A stretch of DNA of 63,234 nt, the filler included, from Salisapilia sapeloensis CBS 127946 (lineage: Eukaryota; Protista; Oomycota): the NCBI GenBank assembly GCA_023334545.1. It is 4 parts of 4 records of this genome, joined end to end, with 100 filler letters (N's around TTAATTAATTAA, not from the genome) between each part and the next. Parts side by side here need not be neighbours in the genome. Positions count along the whole stretch, not along the records: positions 1 to 29,158 come from JAADVB010000228.1; positions 29,259 to 41,657 come from JAADVB010000412.1; 2 more parts are not named here. The stretch is one strand, 5' to 3'. Position 1 is the first letter of the stretch, and each line of letters opens with the position of its first letter. Shown here piece after piece: positions 24,588 through 33,800 of this stretch. The translations under genes and the position numbers were made by a program. The notes below the pieces were generated by a model. It did not search any database, was not told the DNA's origin, and was given only the letters and a program-made list of their open reading frames with translations.

Positions 24588-26444
24588 CTACGAAGAGCAG
24601 GAAACACAGAGTGGTTTTTCCGAAGACGGCTGCGGACGTGCATACACTTCATCTTCTTCTCCTCCATCATCAAACGGATTCATGAGCAAATGGAGAATGT
24701 GCTCCACATGCGCATAATCTCCTCTCGTAGCAGCATCAATCGCACTCTGCGCCACGTGATTACGTAGAATGAATCGAGGATTTACCTGGTGCATCGCCTT
24801 CTTCCTCAATTCCGCATCTCCTTCCTTCTCCAATCGCGTACGATACGTATCCAACCACTTTGCCCATGCATTTCGCACATGTTCCTGTCGATCTTCTTCC
24901 GACGAATCACGCAGCGCCGTCAATGCATCTCGCTGTCTCTTCATCTCGTCCACCGTTTCCTGCGTAATACCGTACTTGTGTGCCTGTTCAGCATGTCTTT
25001 CCAAGAATGCAGCAACCTTGTCAATCTGGTCATTCGAGAAAGCTGGCATCCGTCGCGCCACTTGACTCAGATCCTCCGATAGTTTCACCAGTTCCTCCAG
25101 CACATCATCTCCCTTCGTATCCACATTCGCCAACGCTCGGAACGTACTCGTGTAGTCCGCGCCAGTCGTTTGGAACGCATCGAAGAGCGTATCGATCAAG
25201 TCGCGATCGACTTCTGGATCCGAATGCTGGAAGAGTCCGAGCTTCCGACTCATCAGACCATAGTACTCTTCCGTGAATGCATTATCAAAGTCATCAATAA
25301 CGCCGCGCAGTTTCTCTCCATCGACTACGAGAGACAATTGATCCGCCAAGACACCACAGTTCCACTTGCAAATGGCTGGTTGGTTCTCATATCGATACCG
25401 TCCTCCATCATCAGACGTGTTGCATATATGCTCAGCGTTAAAGTGTTCCATGAAACCAAACGGACCATAGTCGAGCGTATCTCCTACGATGCTCATATTG
25501 TCCGTATTCAAGACACCATGACAGAACCCGACAGCCTGCCATTTCGCGACAAGAACCGCCGTCTTGTGAACGACTTGACGGAAGAATTCAACGTACATGT
25601 CTTCTTTCGACATGGATTCGTCAGTATAAAGCGAAGGATAGTACTCTCGAATGCAAAACTCTAGTAACGACGTCATCTCCTCTGCCTTATTCTCGACATG
25701 TGCACTCGGACCTTTACGACCAGTGAGTCCATCCGTCGGTTTCCAGTTCTCAAAACTACCGAAACGGAGGAACGTTCGAGCGAGACGAAGGACCACGGCA
25801 GTCGGTTCGTACTGGACATTACCATCGTAGAACTGGTCTCGAACAACCTGTGTGTCTCGAGAAGTCACAACAGCCCCGGCACGTGTCGTAGGTACGCCCA
25901 GTGCATGCAAATGTTCACTCGCGAGAAACTCTCTTATAGTCGATCGGAGGACTTTGCGTCCATCAGCCGTGCGCGAGAAGGGAGTTAATCCAGCTCCTTT
26001 GAGCTGAATCTCCCAGCGACTCTTGTCGCCATGGTCGACTTCACCCAAGTAGATCGCCGCGCCGTCGCCCAGTTGACCTGAAAAGTGACCGAACTGATGA
26101 CCAGAATAGCACTGGGCAGCCGTCTCACTGCCTTCCAGCAGCGTATTGCCAGCAAGTACTTGTACCAGTTCATCCAGTGGTTTCTGCTCATCACTGGATG
26201 CACTGTTCGAATGCAATTGGATACCTGCTAGCTCCAATGCCGGTGTGGATGCCACGACCAGCTCAGGATTGATAATCGGCGTCGGTGTCACACGGGCGAA
26301 TACAGCGTTCGGGACATCGCCATTTGGCGTCGATGACGATGGCGTCACCACTGGCAATTCTCTCATTGCAACGTTATTAAAACAAGTTGTTGCTACTCGT
26401 GTCCATGCTTTCCATTGCGTCTTGGCTGCGAGCATATTGGCCAT
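24588..26444 (-). CDS. SELENOO: Selenoprotein O / YdiU family AMPylase, Cys-containing form
   Basis: YSGHQFGHFSGQLGDG, QLKGAGLTPFSRTADGRKVLRSTIRE, HGVLNTDN, DYGPFGF and C-terminal CVSCSS (second Cys codon is TGC). Confidence 0.93.
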   Translation of the reverse strand: MANMLAAKTQWKAWTRVATTCFNNVAMRELPVVTPSSSTPNGDVPNAVFARVTPTPIINPELVVASTPALELAGIQLHSNSASSDEQKPLDELVQVLAGNTLLEGSETAAQCYSGHQFGHFSGQLGDGAAIYLGEVDHGDKSRWEIQLKGAGLTPFSRTADGRKVLRSTIREFLASEHLHALGVPTTRAGAVVTSRDTQVVRDQFYDGNVQYEPTAVVLRLARTFLRFGSFENWKPTDGLTGRKGPSAHVENKAEEMTSLLEFCIREYYPSLYTDESMSKEDMYVEFFRQVVHKTAVLVAKWQAVGFCHGVLNTDNMSIVGDTLDYGPFGFMEHFNAEHICNTSDDGGRYRYENQPAICKWNCGVLADQLSLVVDGEKLRGVIDDFDNAFTEEYYGLMSRKLGLFQHSDPEVDRDLIDTLFDAFQTTGADYTSTFRALANVDTKGDDVLEELVKLSEDLSQVARRMPAFSNDQIDKVAAFLERHAEQAHKYGITQETVDEMKRQRDALTALRDSSEEDRQEHVRNAWAKWLDTYRTRLEKEGDAELRKKAMHQVNPRFILRNHVAQSAIDAATRGDYAHVEHILHLLMNPFDDGGEEDEVYARPQPSSEKPLCVSCSS

Positions 26445-26576
26445 TTCTCAAGTCGATAAATGAGCATTCAGAGAAGAAGAAGCGTCATGTTCACATTACT
26501 AACAGTACTTTCATACTAACTTCAAGTTAAACGTCTCGTATTAATCATTGCGTTAGAGGATCCCTCTACATTTAAC

Positions 26577-27383
26577 ATGGTGCGCTTCCAAGCAGTCGAC
26601 GGCTACTTCCATCGACGTTCAGAGCCTTCCAAGGCAGATACGCCGACAGATACCCCTCAGTTGTTCACTCACTATGAACTGACGCCTTCGAGTTGGCAAG
26701 AACTTGCTGAAAAGCTAGAAAAACAAGTCCAATCGGCCGGTAGTAGGAATCTTAAAGTCGTCTACTTGATCCGTCACGCCGAAGGCATTCACAACGCCAA
26801 GCATAGAGAAGTAGGGACGGAAGTGTGGGAAAGAGATTTTGCTCGGAATGAAGAGTTCCTAGACCCGGCACTCACTCCCTTTGGTGAATCCGATGCACTT
26901 CAGAAGGGACCTCCGTCGCTACGAGCAGAATCCACAAAAGGGATGCCACCGATCCAAAAGATCGTCGTCTCCCCATTACAACGTACCATTCGAACGGCAC
27001 AGTTATTCTTTGGTGACTCGCAAGAGATGGTCTCGATCGAAGCTTGTCGGGAGACAATAGGTGTTCACACTTGTGATAAGAGGTCTCCGTTATCGAAAAT
27101 CACGAAGCAGTTCCCGAATGTCGATTTCTCCGTCGGTGTCAAGGACGAAGAAGATGTGCTTTGGAGACCAGAGCATCGGGAAACAGCTATGGAGCAAACG
27201 CAAAGAGCGAGAGAATTCATGGAAGAGCTCTTTGATAAGGTCGAGGAGCAGTATGTAGCTGTCGTAACCCACTGTGGATTCATCGGAGCATTTTGCTCGG
27301 TCGTGCTCCCAGACGAAGGCTTGATAGTGCCGCAAAACTGTGAAGTGATTCCAGTTGTCGTCCAAAAGGTGCAGAAAGATTGA
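26577..27383 (+). CDS. Histidine phosphatase / phosphoglycerate-mutase-like protein
   Basis: LIRHAEGIHN, SPLQRTIRTA, CDKRS and VVTHCGF. Confidence 0.88.
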   Translation: MVRFQAVDGYFHRRSEPSKADTPTDTPQLFTHYELTPSSWQELAEKLEKQVQSAGSRNLKVVYLIRHAEGIHNAKHREVGTEVWERDFARNEEFLDPALTPFGESDALQKGPPSLRAESTKGMPPIQKIVVSPLQRTIRTAQLFFGDSQEMVSIEACRETIGVHTCDKRSPLSKITKQFPNVDFSVGVKDEEDVLWRPEHRETAMEQTQRAREFMEELFDKVEEQYVAVVTHCGFIGAFCSVVLPDEGLIVPQNCEVIPVVVQKVQKD

Positions 27384-28149
27384 TTCAGCTTCATTACAAT
27401 CCACACCGCCATACTATCATACTACATGGTCAAAGGCATCATAAAGACGTAAAGAATAGACTTTACTTGTCGATACCATTGTCTTTCTATCTCTTTTGTC
27501 TAGTCAAGTATCTCCGTCATGGTTGTGTCATAATAAGTAAATATTAAAGAATATGTTATTTAGTTAAGTAATAAAACTATTAGTCATTCCCTTCTCTAAG
27601 GCTGAACTCAGCTTCATTGTCAACTGTACGATCGGGCATACTTCAAATGCGAGTCCAGAGGTCAATGTATAAACTTATTTATTAACGAGAAACTATTTAC
27701 TCTGGAGAGAAATATATGAAAGTATATTCCTAAACAGACATTCTGTCGACACTGGAGTACATGCAGCAACCTCTTTCAACGACGCCTTCGAGATTGACGC
27801 ATTATGTGTACATGTAGACCGGTGGTCAAGCAGTCGCAAAACAGTTCGATGTCGTGTGCGAGCTTTAGCTTTAGACGGAATTCCAGATCGTATTCGCTTT
27901 CGCACTCGATTAAAAGCTAGAACGGTATCTGCGAGGACGGATACATTGCTGGGTTGATCATCTCTGGCGAGTTTTTAGTTGAAATGAAATCGAGCCTTTA
28001 AATAGAAACCTTTAGCGCGTTTTCATGTTGCATGTGCGCTATAAATGCACCATATATGAGGTCTGGCCATCAGACACGGCCTCCTCCGAGATGAAGAAGA
28101 CAATGTGAGACTGATATGGAATCGTCAACAAGTAGATCGCATAAAATAG

Positions 28150-28861
28150 CTGTTGTATATTTTTCTGTGAGTGTTAAAAGCATAGTAGACATACTCGCCT
28201 GCCTCTCAATCTACTCGTGAGCGTCCAGATACCATCTTCTGGCCTTTCGCTTTCTAGCTTGAGGTGTGTTCCTACAAATTTTAAGTGGCGATACTTGAAA
28301 GAATGGATGGGTTTTTCAGCAAGCTCTCATGAAGCAAGGAATGGCATGTAGAGTCTCTAGACCATCCCATTAGACACTTTGGAGTGCACTCTGTCTACCT
28401 ATGTCAAAATTGGATATTCGAAAAACAAAAGTTTTGGTGGTCGACTCGAGATCGCTACTTCGTTGTCCGCATGCTCGAGTGTTCGCTCGATCCGCGACTT
28501 TTCGAGATCATACAAAAAGCTAGTGAGCCAGAATTCGCAACACTTTCTTTACAGTCAGCGCTGTTGGTTTGAACGACTAGCTTTTTGTATGCCTCAGAGC
28601 AGCCAAGCCGCCAACAAAACATCCTCGAGCGCAAAACCCAAGACAGCGAGCTTGAGTCGACGACCATACTCGTTTTCCAAAATCCCAATATCGGCACCTA
28701 TGGATAGAGCATGCACGAAAGTGTTTAGTGGGCCAGTCTAGAGTGTCTACAAGTCGTTCCTTCATCTCTATAAAAATCAAAGTATGTTTACGACCGTTCA
28801 AGGTACACCGAGTGCTCGAAGGCTCGATTGCTGTCCAATACTGCCATGCGCGTTGAGTCAT
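28150..28861 (-). mobile_element. Possible degenerate Ty1/Copia integrase relic
   Basis: Stop-interrupted fragments occur in the expected order: TLNGRKHTLIFIE, HADN, SNGMV*RL, YRHLKFVG and SRLRGRRVCLLCF. They loosely resemble Copia SLGGSRYFLTFID, RSDNG, QNGxAER, SHLRVFG and ARKCIFLGY. The match was recognised by eye only. Confidence 0.35.
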
Positions 28862-29158
28862 AGTGCAGATATCACCGATAGCTCTATCTTTTTAATGCTT
28901 AGTGTCATTTGAGAGAAATGAATGGAATGTTTTTGATTAGCGCTGCTCTGAGTACCTCGTACCATGTTTCTACCATATGTGTACCACCTAACTTGGATGA
29001 AAATGAGGACACAGCGTTTAAACGGATTAAGGGAGGTGGGTAGACATCGTTTGTGGCGAGTCTAGTACGTTGTGACAGACGTCCTGGTGCTCTTTGATTA
29101 CCAGGTTATCCTCTTCTTTGTCTCGTGTCTCTTGTCTTTTACACGCCGTTTCGAAGCA

Positions 29159-29258
29159 NNNNNNNNNNNNNNNNNNNNNNNNNNNNNNNNNNNNNNNNNN
29201 NNTTAATTAATTAANNNNNNNNNNNNNNNNNNNNNNNNNNNNNNNNNNNNNNNNNNNN
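29159..29258. other. Assembly gap spacer (44N-TTAATTAATTAA-44N)
   Basis: The same 100-nt structure occurs at three sites, and the palindromic linker has stops in all six frames. Confidence 0.97.
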
Positions 29259-30517
29259 CCATCCACGGATGCGTCTGTGGCGACACGCCGTGCTCCTTGA
29301 GCTCCGACATCATGTCCTCAACCTTGACCTTGGGGTCGTACACGGACACTTGGGCCTTCTCCTCTAACAGATACTTGATGATCGTCGCAGCAGGCGTCTC
29401 ACGCGTGTCGCCCGTGTCCTTCTTAAAAGCAAACCCGAGGATACAGATCTTTTTATTCGTAACTGTGTTAAACATGCGTCGGATCATAGTCGTCGCGAAC
29501 CGCGTCTTCTGGTACTCGTTCATCGTCACGACGCCACGCCAGTACTCGGCGACTTCCGGCAGGTGGAAGCTTTCGGCCAAGTAGACGAGGTTCAGAATAT
29601 CTTTCTGGAAACAAGAGCCGCCGAATCCGACGGAGCAGTTCAAGAACTTGCTGCCGATACGGTCATCTGCTCCAACGGCACGGGAGACTTCATGGACGTT
29701 GGCGCCAGTGGCCTCGCACACGGCCGAGATGGAGTTGATGCTCGAGATACGCTGCGCTAAGAACGCGTTGGCCACGAGCTTGGACAGTTCGGACGACCAG
29801 ACGTTGGTCGTCACGATCTTCTCCCGCGGAACCCAGTGCTCATAGACCGACACCAGCTTCTCCACCGCGGCATGACCGGACGCGGTCTCCGCTCCGCCGA
29901 TGAGGATACGGGACGGCGTCTGGAGGTCCTCGATGGCCGTCCCTTCCGCCAGGAACTCTGGGTTCGACAGCACTTCAAACTGCAGACCCTTGGAGTTGGC
30001 GGCTAGCACCTGGCGAATAGACTCTGCCGTACGCACTGGGACCGTCGACTTCTCCACCTATGCGTGCTGTAATGTTACCACGAGGTCTGTAAGAGGTGAT
30101 AGAGTATGCAAGGGGGATACGTACGACGATCTTGTTCGAGTTTGCGACCTTAGCGATCTGACGGGCACACGCCTCGCAGTTCTTAGTGTCGGCGGCACTG
30201 CCAGCGCCGATGCCAGTGCGCTTCGTCGGCGTGTTCACGCAGACAAAGATGATGTCGGCGGCCTGGATGTACTTGTCGACTTCCGTGGAGAAGAATAGGT
30301 TCTTTCCACGACGTGCATTCACGAGCTCTGCCAAGCCTGGCTCGTAGATCGGGATGTCATCGTTTGTATTCCACTTGGCGATCTGGCGCTCCGAGACGTC
30401 GACCACCACGACTTTAATGTCGGGGCAGGCGTTGGCGATGACCGCCATCGTCGGACCTCCGACGTACCCTGCACCCATGCAGCACACTGTCATCTTAAAG
30501 TTTCCTTCGTCCGCCAT
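29259..30517 (-). CDS. UGDH: UDP-glucose 6-dehydrogenase, 3' end lost in the gap; intron 30058-30124
   Basis: [62 protein letters not shown] and [14 protein letters not shown]. Confidence 0.96.
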
Positions 30518-30879
30518 TCTGCTATGTCCTGAAGAAGCTATTGGACTCTGACCGGTCACTCGTGCCTGTCCGACGGATGCTTCGTGTCTGGACGGGTCCT
30601 TCGAGTCCGCCCCAGATTCGCTCAAGTGCGAATGTAATGGGTTCAGAGGTACACTGCTGGCACATGTACTCCTCACTTCCTCCATTGCGACGGTCTCTAG
30701 ACCTCCTTCATTCTCTACTGCATGAACATTAATTCAAAATAGACATTTGAAGACGATATAGGGTGGATAGGAGCAGCAGTGGGTATGTAGAAAATAGTAG
30801 ATGAAAAAGTAAAATAGAATTCTCAATGTTTATATTTGTCGGAATGTATGCGGGTACGAGTGGTTACGATACTGCCAAG

Positions 30880-33800
30880 TTACTTTGCTGAGGACGGAGC
30901 TTTGGGTAGAAGGAAAGCACTAAGCAACTCTCGGTTCGATCCCAAAAAGTTCACCAGTTGGCTTTCAATAAGCCGCTTCGTTGTGTCTGGTAAGCATTCT
31001 CCGCCTCGACCGACACGTTGGGCTGCCAACGCCGTGGCTCCTTTCACATCTCCTGGACACTCATGGTAGAATTTCGTCGTCTCGTCGATTATTCGGCGGA
31101 CACCTTCGTCTTTCTTCAATAGCGCACTCAGCTTGGTGCGGAAGGTATGGAATCTGTCATGATACAACGCAGTGGCCCATTTCTCATGGAAGAAAGCAAT
31201 CCAGTCGGTCACATATCCTTGGGAGTGCGACTCAATGGCACTATTCAAGTACCCATCTGGAAGTCCTACAAGGCACTGTAGATTCGATACTTCCAAACTA
31301 TCATCTCCCAAATACTCTAAACGTTGTAAAATCCCATATTCGTCGAAGGATAGGCACGTGTAGCGTTTACTACCCGTGATCGACTTTGCTGTTGTCTCAC
31401 ACAGCTTTAGCGTCATCGATGGAGTCACAGAGGGCATTGAGATTTCCAAGTACGTCTTATTGCACACAGCTGTGCAAGTTTGGACCACCGGCATTTTGAA
31501 GATGGGTGGAGACACCACGAGTCGTTTACCGTCTGCGTTTGTTCGAGGTTCTGTATCCACATCACGACTAGTATCAAGCGGATCGATGAGGCGCAGTAGT
31601 GACGTAGCAAGTAGTCGTCCACATTCCACTGGATTATAAAACTCCTGCCTCTTTGCATGCAAGAAACGTCTTGAAAAGCGACACAAGCTACCGGCACCCA
31701 GAATGTACGGATCCGTCGTCTGCATTCGACCGTCAACAACGAGCCTTCCATCATAGACAAGACCACAACCATTGATCGCTCGGAAGATGTCTGCATCAGC
31801 ATCATTATGTTGGCAACAGAGAAGCCAGTCACATGAGACAAACTCTTCCTTGAACCCCATGACTTTCTTGTTAAAGCTACCTTTTACATCCTTCTTACTC
31901 GTCCCCTGACGTTCTTTAATCAGCTTGATTTGAGCAATCGACTGTGTGTCTTCATCAACTATCAAGTCTGTGATTTGGACAAGACTTTTCACACGGATAT
32001 TACTTGCTGCCAATAACTCATTCACCTCGTTTCTGATCACTTCATTCTCCAATGGCAAGTAGCTCGAGTTAAGTAATAGCAGGATCTTACTCCCATCCAC
32101 TTGACTCTGCAGTAATGTTTGCACAACCTGAAGTGCCTGAACGGTATCTCCGAACACTGCGATGGTATCTGCATCTCCTTTCTCGACTCCATTTCGAATA
32201 CGTTCATGAACTTTATCTGCAATTTCCACATTACTCAGCATCTCCACTTGCTTAGGAATTGACTTGAGCGAAGTATCTGGATTAGACGTATCTCGAGTAA
32301 ATTCTGGCGAATTGAACAGTCCATCTCGAAGTCCAGTCGTCAGCAAGAGGTAGTCGTATGGTCGGCTAGAGCCATCCCGAAGTTCGACTACTTTTTCTTG
32401 ACGGTGAATGCGAACAACTTTGCTCTTGATAAAGCGTACAGCAGCTGGAAGAAGGTACGGGATGTATTCATCTGCTTCCAAAAGGCTCTTTCGTGTCAAA
32501 GTACTGGCTCGCAAGGATGAAGTTTCCTCCTGGCCTCCATCGCTTTCATTGTATTTGATATCGGATGGAGAGATGAGGGTGACGTTGGAGAAGCGAAGGT
32601 AAGGAACAGAAACCAAACGCGACAAGCATGCAATTGCTGTATCCGACGCACCAACGACCACAATCCTGTAATTGACGACAATCTTCGGTTCAGATAAAAG
32701 TTTCTTGGACAAAGCAAAGAGGGCGTATCCACGATACTTGTTTGCCATCTCAATCTTCTCTGCGTCCTTTGGATACTGACGGAGCTCTTCGGCACTCACT
32801 TTAATACGTCTGCGTGGAGCCACGAGCGTCATATCTTCCACCACGGAACTAATAAAAGGAGGAATAAGTCGGTTTGTGGACACAGGTAGAAGATGGAATA
32901 AGCAAGTCTTGGCTGTAAATCGCAGCACTTCTTCTAAGACGCTACGCTTGCAGACCGAAAAGATGGGGTTCAGTATAAAGTGCTTGAGGATCCCCTGATC
33001 CTTCGATCGATGGTACATCATGAGCATAAATGATTCCAAATCAAAGAAATGCTTCAGCCCATTTGTGAATTCTCCATCGCGGGAGACCAGGACGAGCCCC
33101 ACGAGCACATTGTTTGCGTGTATCTTAAAAGCTAGATGGCGTGGGTGGTCCTCCAAATCAAGCTCATTGTCCCCACTGGCAACCCCAAGGTCTTGCAGTA
33201 TCTGTGACTGAGTCCCTGCTTCGAGATGCTGAAGCAACGGAACTATGCTTGAATCTTTTGCGTCAAGTAAAAGCCTCGCTTTGGAAAGCTCTAAGCTCGG
33301 ACGATACCGGTCCAGTGACAAATGGATTGGTGGTAGTGCAAGATGACTCGATCGCAAGGCACCAAGATAGGAGATTGCATTGCGATGGACGATGTACAGC
33401 ATGTGGGCGACGACGGCGTCTGGTTTTATATGAACGAGGGTAAAGAAATTCAAGAAATGAGGCTCTTCACAGGTCGTTGGCAAGGTTACAAGACAGTATT
33501 CACGCTGTGGGAAGACTGTGAATGCATTTGAGATGAGGTCAATTGCCCCAAACTCGTATTGTGGTGAAATGCAGAAGAGGGTGAGTGCAAAGCAATTCAT
33601 ACTCGCTTCGTGAAGTTGTATCTCTTCCGCTGTTTGGCCTTTGTAGCTACGTTGGTATTCATAAAGTTTCTCCATCGTAGGCGCTAAAAACGTGCGCCCA
33701 ATTTCCGTCTTGCCTACCATACCATCGCACCGAATGACAGCAACACCATTTCGTGCCTCAAATACATTTATCACTGCACCGCTGTTCTCATGGAACTTTG

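Noticed and set aside
29203-29214. Palindromic TTAATTAATTAA repeated at 29203, 41702 and 56119
   Set aside because: It is centred in identical 44N flanks, so it is a scaffolding linker. ORFs ending in XXXLIN are artefacts.
29259-30057. GC-rich UGDH segment as possible contamination or a recent transfer
   Set aside because: It has a host-style short intron and an Inr-like upstream motif (~30623-30635). GPD1 and the ROK kinase show the same GC3 bias, which fits high expression.
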